Source of the DNA: an uncultured delta proteobacterium
GTDB taxonomy: Bacteria > Myxococcota_A > UBA9160 > UBA4427
DNA: 64,000 bases
Direction: 5' to 3'
NCBI GenBank assembly: GCA_963822965.1
Contig: CAWGJT010000010.1
Location: 64,001 to 128,000, forward strand
The position numbers were made by a program, and so were the translations under genes. Below the pieces are notes generated by a model. That model did not search any database and was not told the DNA's origin. It worked only from the letters and a program-made list of their open reading frames with translations. Below are positions 11,101 to 26,100 of this stretch, piece by piece (position 1 is the first letter of the stretch; every line of letters starts with the position of its first letter).

Positions 11101-14100
11101 CCGGCACCACCGACATGGTGGTGGAGGGCAACGCCGGCGACAACGACACCCTGGTGCTCCAGGGCTCGAAGTTCTCCCTCAAGTCGGTCCAGACCGCGTC
11201 GGCGACCAGCGGCAAGGTCTACCTGGACGGCAGCGACGCCGACCTGACCCTCAACTACACCGACGTCCATCTCGACGACCAGAGCGCCAGCCCGCACGCG
11301 GCGGCCCTGCTCAGCTTCGGGGCCGGCGTCGGCGGGCTTCGGCCTGGGCGGGGTCCTGCCGGACGTCTCGCTCGCCGGCATCGGCGAATCCCTGGTGCGC
11401 GGGGTGGGCGGCTTCGACGCGTCCCTGCCGGGCCCGACCGCCGAGGGCGGCATCGGCCGGAGCGAGGGGGACCCGGACGCGGCCCGGAGCGAGCTGACCG
11501 AGCCGGTAGGCGTCGGCGCGAGCGACTCCTGCGGCGGCTCTTCGAGACCGGGACGGGCGCGTTCTCGCCGGAGCAGATCGGCGTCACGATCACCACCACC
11601 GCCGAGCTGATCGCCGCGCTCGACGGCCTCGACGACATCGCGGGCAACGTCACCCTCGTGCGCGACGACGCCTCGGCGTCTGATCCTCGACGTCGAGCAT
11701 CCAGAAGACGCTCGAAGGTACGATCTCGACCTGTCGGCGGTGCTGCCCTCCGGCCTGGTCGACCTCGAGGGCAGCAGCGAACTTCACCGCCGACGTGAAG
11801 GCGAAGCTGCGGCTCGGCGTGGACGAGCAGGGCTTCTTCATCGACGCGGACGCCTTCAGCCGACCCCGAGCTGGTGGTGAGCAACATCCAGCTTCGGCGA
11901 CGAGATCGAGGCGAGCGGCAACTTCGGCATCCTGGACGTCGAGATCGCCAGCGGCTCGCTCACGATGGATCCCGGCGTGCGCATCGAGATAGGACCTGAA
12001 GGACACCGGTGCGGACCCGCTCACGGGCGTTCAACGACGGCGTCATGCGCTCTCTACGAGCTCGACGCGCGCCGGCGCCGCGGCCGCGAGCGTCAAGCGT
12101 CGTGGGCAACATCAACGCCGACGACCTCGTCTTCGACGTCGACCTGACGCGTTGCCGCTCTTCGACGGACGGCACCGATCCCCTTCGGGCTCGAGGACGC
12201 GAACGTCCAGCTCGTATGGGCGGGATATCGACAAGCCCGACCAGTTCGTCGTGCGCGCCGGCGCGTCGCTCGGCCAGGACATCGTCGCGTTCCTGAACGT
12301 CGACCTGCCCGAGATCGTCCAGCACATCCAGGACTACGCGGGCTCCTTCCAGGCCCTGACCGGTACGGACATGCTCGGCGTGAAGCTTCCGTTCGTCGGC
12401 AAGAGCCTCGGCGACCTGCTGGGCAGCGTGCCGCAGCCCCTCGAGCTCGGCGCCTCCCAGGTCGGCAACGTCTCGCAGACCGAGGACGACGGCAGCTTCC
12501 AGCGCTTCGAGGTGCGGTCCAGGACGTCGATCTGGTGGCGCAGAAGGTCGGCGTCGGGCGACGCCGTCGTGTACCGGGGCGCGAACGGAGAGGATCTGCA
12601 GGGGGAGGTGAGAGTCCGTCGAGCCTTCACTGCTGGTCGTGCGCTTCGCGAGCGGCGCGGCCCAGGAGCCCGACCGCGCGAGCCCGATGCTGAGCGTGCG
12701 CCGGTCCGGCGGGCTGGGCGATCAGCTCGCCGAGGCCCTCGGCGGCAGCACCGAGCTGCTCGCCGAGCGGCCCACCCTGCAGTCGGCTGCTCGAGAACCT
12801 GGCGGAGTCGGCTGGGCATCGACCTCGAGTCGATCGGGCTCTCGTCGACGGGGAGCGGCGCCAACCGCCAGCTCCAGATCACGCTGCCGATCAACCTCGA
12901 TCCGATCGAGTACAAGACCGACCTGGCCCTCGACGTCGGCATTCCGCAGCTGAAGATCGACGCGAGCGGCACGATCGGCATCTCCATCGACGCCGACTTC
13001 CAGCTGGGGCTTCGGAATCCAGCTCGGCGAAGGGCTCTCGATCGACGACCGCCTCTTCCTGGTGGATGCGCCGGGCCCCGAGGTCTCGATCCAGCTCGAC
13101 GCGTCGATCGCGAACCCCTACCTTCTACGGCAAGGTCGGCTTCCTGGGCGTCGAGCTGAAGCCCGACCCGGCCGACGCGGATCCCCAGGGCATCCACTTC
13201 ACCGGCGCCCTGTCGCTCGACCTGCAGGACCCGAACACGGACGGCCGCATCACCTTGTCCGAGATGCGCGCCGACCGATCGTGTCTTCGCTGGTCTCGAG
13301 CAGCATCACCGCCAATCTCTCCATCGACGACATCGTGCTCGTTCCCGAGGTGGGGCTGACGCTGCCGGCGCTGTCGCTCTCGCTCGACGGGCTCACCGGC
13401 GGCCTGATCCAGGGCAGCGGCGCGTCTGCCGTTTCCTCCCTCGCGGGGGTGCTCGCCAACATCCAGATCGACACCAGCGCGCTCGAGCACTTCCTCGACT
13501 TCGACAACCTCACCGCCGACGGCTTCCTCGGCCTGCTGAAGCAGCTCGGCGGCGCGCTGCAGGCCCTGGGCGGCGAGGGGATCCTGTCCACCTCGATTCC
13601 GTTCACGGGCCTCACCCTGGGCGACGCCCTCGACGTGGATGCCTTGCTCGCGAAGGTGCTCTCGGGCCCGCTCGGGGGCCTGCGGGCGCTGGGCGGCCTG
13701 CCCGCGCCCGCGGACGGGCGGCTCGACCAGGACGCGCTGCTCTCGTTCGTCGTCAACGGCTCGACGGCGGTTCGACAAAGGTGGACGTCACCGTCGCCGC
13801 CGACGCCAGCAACACAGAGCATCGACGACCTGGTTGCGGACGTGAACGAGGCGCTGGCCGCGAAGCTCCTCGAGCTGGGCATTCCCGACCTGGTGGAGGC
13901 CCAGCGGGTGGGGAGCCGGATCGGGCTCGTGGGCAAGAGCGCGGACCTGACGGCGCTCTCGATCGAGGCGGGCGAGGCCTTTGGCCTCCCCGCCGGCGTC
14001 GTGGGCATCGCGCGCAGCTTCGACTCGGCCCAGGAGGTGCTGACCGCGCTGGCCTCGGCGGTCGGTGCGACCTACGACGCCAACGCGAAGCGTCTCACCT

Positions 14101-17100
14101 ACCAGGTCCAGTTCGACGAGAGCACGAGCCGGGAGATCCCCCTCGGCCTCGACCTCGACCTCGGCGACGCCATCGCGCTCTCGGTCTTCGTGCGCCTGCG
14201 GGCCGCCAACGCGGGGCCCGTGAACGGACAGCCCGCCACGACGAGCTTCACGCTGCGGGTGAACGACGGCGCCCCCGTCGTGGTCGACCTCGCGGGCGCC
14301 GTCGCGGGCAACACCGACCTCGACGACCTCGTGGTCGATCTCAACGCCGCCCTCGCCACGGCGCTCGCCGCGACGGACTTCGGCGACGACATCAGCGTGA
14401 CGAACGACGGCGGGCGGCTGGCCTTCGTCTCCAAGGGCACCCAGGTGGAGTCGCTCCAGGTGAGCGGGGCCGAGGCCCTGGGCTTCGCGACCGACCAGCA
14501 GGCGGACGCGGCGGTGAACCTCGACGCGCGGGTGAAGGGCGGCCTCACCCTGGGCGTCGACCTCGTCCCGCTGGGACAGGGCTTCGCGCTCTCGAGCGCC
14601 ACCCTCGCCGCCGTGAACGACAACCTGCCGGGCGAGATCAAGCCCCAGGGAACGCCCGAGCTGGAGATCACCACCAGCGATGGCACCGTCTTCCTCGTCG
14701 ATCTCGCCGCCGGCGGGACGCCCGCGACCACGGTCCAGGACGTCGCGCAGGCGATCCAGACCCAGACGAGCGGCAAGGTGACGGTCACCCTCGACGACGA
14801 CACGGACACGATCCGCCTCGTCGACACGACCTTCGTCGAAGGTGCCCCCGCCACGTTCCGGGTGCGGGGCGTCAACGACTCGTTCGCGAGCGTGCAGCTC
14901 GGCATCGAGGCCAGCGACACCGCCGCGACCGGCACGATCGAGAGCCGGCCGCTCCACAACGAGTCCCTCACGAGCCGCTTCTTCATCCAGGATGCGAGCT
15001 TCGACGCGACCTTCGACGTGGGGGTCGACACGCTCGACGCCAGCGCGCGCTTCGGAGCGCTCGGATTCGACGTCGTCCAGGGATCGGGCGGCATCAGCGC
15101 GCACCTGGGCCTCGACCTGCTCGACCCGGGCACCGACGCCGCGGACGGGCGCATCACCTTCGGCGAGCTGCTGGACAACCTGGGCAACCCGTCGGCGCTG
15201 CTCGGGGGCGACGGCTTCAGCGGCTCGGCGAACCTCGACCTGCCGGTCCGGCTCGCGCCCGACTTCCTGAACGGCGCGCTGACGGGCGATCCGCGGGTGA
15301 GCCTGTCGTGGAGCGATCTCACCGACCCGGGCACCCTCAGCTACGGGTTCAATGCGGATCTCGCGGACCTCTCCGGCTTCGAGGCCCTCGCCTTCGGCAA
15401 GATCATCGAGGGGCTGCGCGCGGTCCAGGGCTTCATCGACGACGAGATCGAGGGGCTGCTCGGCGCGATTCCCGAGATCCCGCTGGTGAACGAGAGCCTG
15501 CTCGACCTGACGGGAGATCCGTCGGACGCGTTCGGTGCGCTGGTCGATCGCCTGGAGGCCGATCCGCCGGAGACCCTCGGCGAGTTCCAGCTCTTCCTCC
15601 AGGACACTCTCGCCGAGGTGCTGGCCGGGCTCGGCGGCGTCACGGTGAGCTTCGACCTGCCGACCCGCTCCTTCGACATCGACCTCGGCTTCGCGAAGAG
15701 CGTGCAGACGACGCTGCCCCTGAACCTGGACCTCGGCCTGCCGGGCCTGCAGTTCGGCGGTCTCGACCCGAGCCTGGTGGGGCAGGGCACCCTCGACGTG
15801 CAGGCCGGTGTCTTCTTCGACCTCGGGCTCACCTTCGACGTCACGAACCCCTCCGTGCCGACGATCTACCTGCGCGACAGCTCGGACTTCCGGGTCGAGG
15901 TGGGTCTGGAGTCGAGCGATCTGCAGTTCGCCGCGACCCTCGGGCCGGCGGGGCTCTTCATCGGCAACCAGGGCCTCGCGAACCTGGGCTCCCTGCGGCT
16001 CGGCTCCTCGGATCTCGTGGCGGGCAGCCCGGCGGTCTTCAGCCTGGGCCTCGCGACGGATCCGTCGGATCACCGCTACCTGCTCGGCGAGCTGTCGACC
16101 GGGCTCCTGCAGACGAACCTCGACGCGCGCGTGGGCGCGCAGCTGCCCGTCTACTTCCCGACCGAGTCCGCGTTCCTGGGCGACATCCAGGTCGACATCC
16201 AGGACCTGCTCGACCCGTTCGACGTGAGCAGCAGCGACGGCGATCCGGCGACCTCGAGCTTCGACGCCCCGGACTTCGGGGCCGCGATCTCGTCGCTGCT
16301 GGCCGACCTCGCCGCCAACCTGTCGGCCCTGGGCAACGGCTGGGACGGGCTGCTCAACCTCTTCATCGACGCTCTCGACGGCGACGTCTTCGGGGTGAAG
16401 CTGCCGCTCATCGGCGACCAGCTCGCCGGCGCCGCCAACTTCCTGGCGGACATCCGCGACCAGGTTTCCCAGAACATCGAGACCTTCCACACCACCAATC
16501 CCGGTGAGCTGCTGACCGACACGGCCGTCAAGAACCTGCTCTTCGAGGCCATCGGCCCCGGCGGGCTCGGCTGGCTGCAGGACCGCGACGGCGACGCGGA
16601 CGTCGACCTGAACGACCTCGCGGTCGTCTCGAGCGGACTCGACGGCGTGGAGTTCGCCTTCAAGCTCGGCCGCAGCCAGCAGATCGACCAGGCGGTGGGC
16701 TTCGATCTCGGGCTCGACGCCCTGGGACTCTCGCTCGACGGCGACGTGGACCTGTCCCTGGGCTTCCAGCTCGACCTCGCCCTCGGCGTGAACCGCAGCG
16801 ACGGGCTCTACTTCCGCACCGACGGTCCCGACCCCGAGCTCACGGTCACCGTCGACGCCACGATCCCCGGCCAGACGCTCACGGGCTCGCTCCTCTTCCT
16901 GGACCTCGTCGCCCAGGACCAGGGCAGCCGCCTCACGGGCAGCTTCACCGTCGACCTGCTCGACCCCGGCCAGGACGACGGGCTGCTCACCCTGGCGGAG
17001 ATCGCCCGGCTCGGCACGGGCGGGACGCTCCCCGGCCCGCTCTTCGCCTCCACCCTCGACGCGTCGGCCAACGTCGACCTCGCTCTCACCCTGGGCTTCG

Positions 17101-20100
17101 GCACGAGCGGCCGCTTCCCGTCGATCTACGCCGATCTCGGAATCGACTGGGGCATCGGTCCGTCGGCGCCCTTCGGCGGCGTGCCCCAGGTGTCCTTCGA
17201 CAACGTGCAGATGGACCTCGGCGGCTTCATCGACGACTACGTGGGCGGCATCCTCGCCGGCATCGACGACGTCGTGGGGCCGCTCGACGACTACCTCTCG
17301 AAGCTGCAGGCGCCGATTCCGGTGCTGTCCGACGTGATGGGACGCCCGGTTTCGCTGATCGACCTGGCCCGCATCCTGCCCGGCAGCGTCGGCAAGGCCG
17401 CCGACTTCCTCGACGCGGTGGCGGACATCGCCGACCTGGCGAACCTGCCGCTGGTGCCCGGGGGCTCGCGCATCGACCTCGGCAGCTTCGATCTCGGCGG
17501 TGCCGACATCCGCAACCTCGCCTCGGTGACCGGGCTCACCCCGCGCGTCACCCAGGCCGTGGACCCGAAGGCCGGGCTGCCTGCGAACGTGAAGAGCTAC
17601 GTCCAGCAGGCCGCGGCCGCGAACGGCGGAGGCTTCCACTTCGCGTTCCTGGACAACCCGAGCTCGCTCTTCGGGCTGCTGCTGGGCCAGGATCCCGTCC
17701 TCTTCACCTACGACATGCCGGCGCTGGATCTGGCGTTCGACATCGGCCCCCTCGAGTTCCCGATCATCCCGCCGCTGCTCAAGGCGAGCGTCGGCGGTCA
17801 CGTGGAGGCGCACGCCGACTTCGCCTTCGGCTTCGATACGTTGGGGCTGCGGGCCGCCCACGATACCGGCGACGCGACCCGGGCCTTCGAGGGCTTCTAC
17901 GTCAGCGACACCGCCAACCCAGACGGCAGCGGCGAGGACGTCCCCGAGGTGACCCTCTCCGCGGGGGTGCTCGCGGGCGTGGGCGCGGGCATCCCCGGCT
18001 TCGCCGAGGTCAAGGTCGAGGGCGGGGTGATCGGCAGCCTCGAGCTCGACCTCCACGACGATAACGGGGACGGCCGCATCCGGCCCTCCGAGCTCCTCTC
18101 GGGCCTCGCGCTCGGGCCGCTCTACGTCTTCGACGGCAAGGCCAAGGTCGACGCCAGGTTGGTCGGCTCGATCCACATCCTCTTCGTGATCGACGAGAGC
18201 AAGACGCTCGCGGACACGACGCTCTTCGAGTTCGACCTCACGCGTCCCGACACGACGCCCGTGCTCGCCCACGTCGACAGCCGGGCAGCTCGTCCTGCAC
18301 GCCGGTCCGAACGCCGGCCTGCGCCTGCACGGCAACGTGGACGACGGCGACGAGGTATTCCGGGTGCTCCCCGGCGACGCTCCGAACCGGGTGATCGTCG
18401 ACGCGTTCGGCCTGCAGCAGACCTTCGACAACGTGACCAGCATCTTCGCGGACGCCGGAGCCGGCAACGACGACATTGCGGTGCGCGCGGGCGTCGAGCT
18501 GCCGGTGACGATGATCGGCGGCAGCGGCAACGACGTGCTGGTGGTGCAGGGCGGCGCAGCCATCCTGATGGGCGAGCGACGGCGACGACACCCTGGTTGC
18601 TGCCGACGGGGCCGACAGCCTGGATGGCGGCGAGGGCGCCGACACCCTGCAGGGCGGTGGCGGCGCCGATCTGCTGGTGGGCGGCGCGGGCAACGATCGG
18701 CTCGAGGGCGGCGACGGAGGCGACACGCTGCAGGGAGGAGCCGGCGACGACTCGCTCTCCGGCGGGGGTGGCGACGACATTCCTCTACGGCGGCGACGGT
18801 GCCGACACCCTGCAGGGCGACGACGGGGTCGACCATCTCTACGGCGAAGCCGGACCGGATCTGCTGGTCGGCGGGCGCGGCGACGACTTCCTGTACGGGG
18901 GCAGCGAGAGCGACGTCCTCCAGGGCGGGATCGGCGCCGACACCCTGCAGGGCGACGCGAGGCAACGACCAGCTCTTCGGCGAGATCGGCAACGACATTC
19001 TCGACGGCGGCGACGGCGACGACCTGCTCGACGGCGGCGAGAACACCGACACGATCCACGGCGGGCTCGGCAACGACGTGATCTTCGGCGGTGCGGGCAG
19101 CGACACGCTGCTCGACGGCGGCGCCGGCGACGACACGATCTACGCGGGCAGCGACGCCAGCGGGAACGACGCGAAGGAGACCGTCGCCGACCCACGTGAT
19201 CCTGGGCGGCACCGGCCGCGACCTGATCTATGGCGGCGCCGGCGCGGACGAGATCCACGGCGGCGACGACGCCGACACGGTCTTCGGTCTCGGCGGCGAC
19301 GACCAGATCTTCGGCGACGGCGGCGACGACACGATCTCGGCGGGCGCCGGCAACGACACGGTGTACGGCGGCAGCGGCCGCGACGTGATCCGGGGCGACG
19401 ACGGCGACGACCTGCTCTATGGCGAGGCGGACGCCGACCAGCTCTTCGGCGGCGCCGGCAACGATCGCCTCGAAGGGGCGGCGGGCGACGACCTGCTGGT
19501 GGGCGACGACGGCGACGACGTGCTGGTCGGCAGCTCCGGCAACGACACCCTGCGCGGCGGCGCGGGCTCGGATCTCTTGTGGGGCGGCGACGCGCTGCTC
19601 GCCGACTCGGCCTTCCTGCCGGCGAACCTCACGACCCCGCCCAACGCCAGCGAGTGGTTCTTCGCGGACGTCCCGGGCTTCGAGACGCCCGCGATCGTGC
19701 CGGTGGCGGTGCTCGGGCTCTCCCTCGACGGCAGCAGCAGCGACGGGCGCGATCGCCTCGCGGGCGACGCGGGCGACGACTGGCTGTTCGGCGGGGGCGA
19801 CGTCGACGACCTCTCGGGCGGGACCGGGCGCGACTACGTGGACGGCGGGCTCGGCGACGACTCCGTGCAGGGCGACGGCGGCGCGGACGTCGTGCGCGGC
19901 GGTCTCGGCAGCGACGTCGTGCGCGGCGGCGAGGGCATCGACCAGCTCTATGGCGACGAGGGGGACGACTTCCTGGCCGGCGACGCCGGCGACGCGACGA
20001 CGGGCAGCCAGCAGGGCCAGCGGCTCTTCGGCGGCGCCGGGGCCGACCGGCTCTACGCCTTCGCGGAGGCTGCGCCCGCCGGCCCGTCGGTGGTCGGCGA

Positions 20101-23100
20101 CGAGCTGCACGGCGGCGCGGACAACGACACGCTCTACGGCAACCTGCGCGCGGACGCGCTCTTCGGCGACGGTGGCAACGACTCGCTGCTCGGCGACATC
20201 CTGGCCGGGCCCGACTACACGACGAATCCCTCCGCCGCGACCACCGGCGGCGACGACTGGCTCTTCGGCGGTGCGGGCTTCGACGATCTGCTCGGCGGCG
20301 GCGGCGACGACCAGCTGTGGGGCGGCGCCGACTCCGACGCGCTCGAGGGCCAGGACGGCCACGACCAGCTCTTCGGCGGCTCGGGCATCGACATCCTGCG
20401 TGCCGACGTCTCCGCCAGCTACAGCGTGCTCGGCGACGAGCTCGACGGCCACGGCGGCAACGCCAGCGCGGGCGACGTGGCCGACGACAACGCGACCGAC
20501 ATCCTGCTGGTCGAGGGCACCGACGCCGCGGACACGATCACCCTGCAGCGCCACCCGACGGACGCCAAACAGCTGCGCCTCTCGTACGAGGATCAGGGCG
20601 GAGAGCGGATCGTCGACCTGCGCTGGCGCGACGCGTCGGGACCGCTGGTCGAGCAGTTCCGCATCTCCGGCCTCGGCGGCGACGACACCATCGCCTTCGG
20701 GACCGGCGCCGACGCGCTCGACGTCTCGGATCTCTCCGCCCGCAGCGACGAGTTCGTGGCGGTCTTCGACGGCGGTCCCGGCGACGACGTGCTCACGGGC
20801 AGCGGGGCCCGGGACCGGCTCGACGGCGGCAGCGGGAACGACACCCTCTCGGGCTTCGGGGGCGACGACCGGCTGTGGGGCGGCGACGGTGACGACACCC
20901 TCTTCGCCGGCCAGGGCAACGACGACCTGATCGGCGGGGAAGGGGACAACACCCTCTCCGCCTGGAGCCGCGATCCCGGCCAGGGCCAGCTCTTCGGGCT
21001 CTTCGTCGACCAGAACGGCGCCCTGGTCGACGACTCCCAGAAGTCCGTCGACCTCGGCCCGATCGAGGGCCTGGCGCGCATCGAGGGTCTCTCGATCGAG
21101 GCGCCCGGCGTGCAGCAGGACGAGCTGCGCTTCACCCTCACGAACGCCGGCGTCAGCGGGGACGGCATCGAGGTCGAGAACCTGGCCCCGGAGGCCGGCG
21201 CCCTGGTGGTCGAGCTGCTCGACGCCGGCGACAACGTGCTCGCCACGGTGACCCTCGACGGCGCGACCCCCGTCGCCACGCTCTCCCTCGCCGGCCGGCC
21301 GGGTGGGGGCGCGGTCTACAAGATCCGCGCGAGCGCGCCCGGTGCCCCCGGCGCAACGGGCCCGATCGCCTACGAGCTGCGGCCGGACATCGGCCCGGTC
21401 GGGACCGGGGTGGTGAACCTCTTCTACCCCCTCGAGGACACGGGCCTGAACCGCCTGCTCGGCGGCTCGGGGGACGACACCCTCTTCGGTGGCACCGGCC
21501 TCGACTTCCTCTACGGCAACGGTGGCGACGACCGGCTCGTGCGGGCCGACGGCACGGACTTCGAATCCCTCGACGGCGGCCTCGGGGGCGACGCCTGGAA
21601 GGACTACGCGCGCTCCACCGGGCAGGTCTGGTACGTGGGCGGCTCGAACGTCGACGACCAGATCCAGGTGAACTTCGTGACCGAGCCCGGGCTGCTCGAG
21701 GGCCGTCACCTGGTCACCCGACTGACGAACAACGACGGCAACTTCACCTTCGCCGCCGAGCTCTCCCTCGACTTCGACGCGGTGGATCCGTCGGGCAAGC
21801 CGGTCTGGGACGTGGAGGACGCCGTCCTCGACCTGAGCGGCCTCGACGGGCTCTCGCTCGCCGAGCGCAGCGACGCGGTCGCCACCCTCGACCTGCAGCG
21901 CATCGACCTGTTGAAGAAGATCCTGCCGCCCGAGGGCGAGTTCCTCGCCATCGTGATCGACGCGCTCGGCGGCAACGACTCGATCGTCGTGGGTCCCACG
22001 GTCCAGAAGACGGTCTGGGTGGACGCAGGCGCCGGCGACGACTTCGTCGACATCCAGGCGGGCAACGCGATCCTCGTCGACAACAGCGAGCGCCGCTCGG
22101 ACTACGGCCGCAACGACCTGTTCGAGACGGCCTTCCCGCTCGTGGGCATCGTGCGCGTGACGGGCGGCGTCGACCTGCCGGCCGACGGACGCCTCGCCGC
22201 GGACGCCCGCTTCTCGCTGCGGGTCGACGGCGGTGACGCGCGCCCGGTGGTGGTGCCGTACGCGGCGACCGCCGGCAACGCGACGCCCGCCGCGCTGGTC
22301 GTGGACGTGAACGATGCCCTCAGGACGGCGGGGCTGCGCGACCGGGTGGTGGCGAGCCTGGTGGACGGGCGGCTCGTGCTCTCCCTGGCGACCGCCAAGG
22401 CGGGCGGCGTCCTCGAGGTCTCCGACGTCGACGCGATCTCGCGTCTCGCGCTGGGCTTCCAGGTCGGCATGACGGCGACTCCGCCCTACGCCGCGCCGCG
22501 GCTGTCGGCGTCGGTCGATGCGCCCGCCGACGGACGTCTCTCCGGCGACGCGTTCTTCTCGCTCTCCGTCGACGGGCAGACTGCCGTCGCGGTCTCACTC
22601 ACCCAGGCGGACACCGCGACGAACGCGAGCGTGGCCGACCTGGCTGCCGACCTGCAGCTCGCCCTCGCCGCAGCCGGGCTGGGCGGCGTCACGGCCAGCG
22701 CCGACGGCAACCGCCTGGTCCTGCGCGGCGGCAGCGCCACCCCGGACGGCGCGCTGCTGGTCACGGCGGCGAGCGGCACCGCCGCCGCGGAGCTCGGATT
22801 CCACCAGGGCAAGCAGGCCCTCGCCCTGACGGCCCTGACCGACAGCACGCTCCTGCGCGGGCTCACCATCGACAATCCGAACGACGTCGACTGGTACCGC
22901 TTCGCGCTGGTGGACGCGCCCCAGCCGGGCAGCCGCATCGACCTGCAGAGCGCCGTCGTCACCGACGGCCTGCGGCTCGAGCTGTTCCAGGACGTGAACG
23001 GCAGCCCGGTGGCGATCCCGGGCGGCGTCAGCGCGCCCAGCGGCGACGAGGTGCGGCCCGACCTCGCCGAGGCGCTGGTCGGCGAGGCGGCGGCGCCGGC

Positions 23101-26100
23101 GGACGGCGTGCTCGCAGCCGACGTGACCTTCACCCTGGGCGTCGGCGTAGGCGTCGGCTCGTCCCAGACCCTGGTCACCGTCGCGGCCGACGCCGGGAAC
23201 CGCTCGCTCGACGATCTCGTGGCCGACGTGAACGCCGCCCTCGAGCGGGTCGGCATCGGCGGCTCGGTGGTGGCCAACCGGCTCGGCGACCACTTGGCGT
23301 TGCGCGCCCTCGGAAGCCTCGCGGGAGCCGACCTCGTCTACGGGGGAAGCGCGACGGGCCTGGTCGACGGCCTCGGCTTCCGCGACGGCCAGGCGAGCGA
23401 TACGGAGGCCAGCGCCTACCTGCTGGATCCCGTCGCCGACCTGGGGCGCGTGACCGGGCTGTCCCTGGACGCGCCGGGGGACGAGGACTGGCTGCGCTTC
23501 ACCGTCGACGCCGTGCCCGCGGAGGTCGCCGGCCTGGCGAGCGTGCCCACCGACGGGCGGCTCGCGACCGACGCGAGCTTCGAGCTGGTGCTGGGCGCCG
23601 GCGCTCCCGTGGCGATCGGGATCACGAGCGCCGAGACGGCGGCGAATCGCGACGCCGCCGACCTGGCCGACCTGCTCGCGGCGAAGATCGCGGCCAGCCC
23701 GCTGGCCGGATCCGTGAGCGTCGCGCTGCGGGACGGCGTGCTGGTGCTGTCGTCCGAGGATCCTTCGGGAGTCGCGAGCCTCGAGATCCGCAACGCCGAC
23801 GAGGCGGCCCTGGCCGAGCTGGGGTTCCGGGACACGCTGGTCACGCCGGGGGTCGTCGGCTCCGTCGGGCTCGAGCAGCTCGACCTGGCCGGGGGCCTCT
23901 CGCTCGAGCTGGTCGACGCCACCGGCACGGTCGTCTCGAGCGCCACCGTCGCCGCCGGCAGCCAGCGCGTCCAGCTGTCGCTCGCCGGGCTCTCGGGGGG
24001 CGAGTACCGGCTGCACGTCCACGGCCACACGGGCGGCGAGAGCGCGCGATACGACCTGCTCTTCTCGATCGGCCATCGCGGCGGAAACGGTGGCGAAATG
24101 GGCGGGGTGACGGGAGCCAGGCAGCTCGACCTCGGCGGCGCCGCGGCGGACGGCATCGCGCTGGACGGGCTCGGCCTCGAGTCGGGGGTCTCCTACTGGC
24201 TGCGCGTCACCTCGCCGAACGTCGTGCCGACGAGCTACTCGCTCACCTTCGACCTCGCCACCGGCCGGGCGCCGGTCGAGCTGGACCTCGGCGCCCGGTC
24301 GGACCTCGTGCGCCGCGACGTGATCCTCGGCGGCACCGGCGACGACGTCCTGTCGGGCGGGCCCGGTGAGGACTGGATCTTCGGCGGGCCCGGCAACGAC
24401 GTGCTCACGGGTGGGCTCGACCACCAGGCGAGCGACCTGCTCTTCGGCGGCGACGGCGACGACACCTTCCAGCTCGTGCCCGACGCGCTGCCCACGGTCA
24501 AGGGCACCGAGCAGACCCTGGTGCCGACCGCGAGCGACCAGATCGATGGCGGCGCCGGCGACGACCGGGTGCTCTTCCTCGGCGGCAACCTCGACCGCCG
24601 GGGCGTGCCCGTGCCGGACGACGTCGCCATCCGATACAACCCCGTGCTGCAGCGCTACGAGCTGACCGCGCTGCGCTGGGACATTGCCAACCAGGACTTC
24701 CTGCGCGCTTCGGACGGCACCTTCCAGCAGGACTACGTCTTCTTCCAGAGCCGCGACGTCGAGCGGGCGGTCTTCGACACCGGCGCGGGCGACGACGAGG
24801 TGCACGCGGATCCCGGCTACACGTTCCCGGGGCAGCAGAGCGAATGGGGCCTGGGACCGGACGTGCGGCCCCAGCACGGCGCCTTCCAGTCCGTCGAGAT
24901 CCACGGCGGCGACGGAGCGGATCGACTCTACGGCGGCGCCGGCGACGACCAGATCTTCGGCGACGCCGGCGACGACTACCTGGTCGGCGGGGTGGGGGAC
25001 GACCGGCTGGACGGCGGCTCGGGCGCGGACGTGTTGCTCGGCGGCACCGCGGGGACGCGCGACGCCTACGAGATCGTGACCCGCGGCGGCATCAGCGCCC
25101 GCAACGACGGTCCCGACTTCGCGGCCGACCTCGGCTTCGTGGAGACCGGCGACGTCGTGTCCGGGCTGAGCCTCGAGGACGGGGACGGCGGCGACTGGTT
25201 CCTGTTCGAGACACCCCAGGCGCTGGCCGCGCTCGGACCCGAGGACCGGGCCCTCGTGCTGAGCCAGATGATCGACGTGCGCTTCGACTCCCTCGCGTCC
25301 CAGCGCCTGTTCGAGGACGCGCGCGCCTCCGGCTCCACCAGCCCGAACGCCGGGGCGCTCGCGGGCTTCGGCGTGCAGATCTTCGCCGCCGAGGTCCAGA
25401 CCGACGCGAACGACCAGATCCTCGCCGTCACGCCCTTCGAGGACACGGGCGACGTCCCCAGCCACTACCTGCTCCACGTCCGCAACCCGAACACGCTGCG
25501 GATCGTGGGCACGCACCCGCTCACCCTGGACGGGCCGGACGCGGCGTCCTATCTCGACGTCTACCTCGACGGCAACCACGCCACCCAGGTCGCGGTCGAC
25601 AACGTGACCGACGCGACGCCCGCGGACTTCGTCGTCTCCCTCCGCGGCCGTCTGTCGAGCGATCCGGATCTCAGCGGGCGCATCGACGTCGACCTCGACA
25701 CGTCGGGTCGCCTGGTCTTCACCCTGATCGAAGGCGGGAGCCTCGAGCTGCGCGTGACGACGGCCTCGGGCAGCCCCGAGAACTTCCTCGAGACCGGAGC
25801 GGGGATCCGGGACGGTGCCACGACCGGGGATCCGCCTGCCGGGCTCGGGACCTACCGGGTGACCTTCGCGGACGCGCTGGGCTTCGGTGCGATCGTCGAC
25901 GTCGCCCCCGACGCCGGGAGCTTCGGCGTCGACGTGAACGACCCGTTGGCGCTGCCCGTGTCGATCCCGCTCGGCGACATCGACGGCGACGGCGCCGAGG
26001 ACTTCGTCGTCGCCGTGCGAAACGAGCTCGGGACGGTCGAGGACATCTTCCAGGCGTTCCTCGACGGCATCGACGTGGCCGACGAGATCGGACCCAGCAT

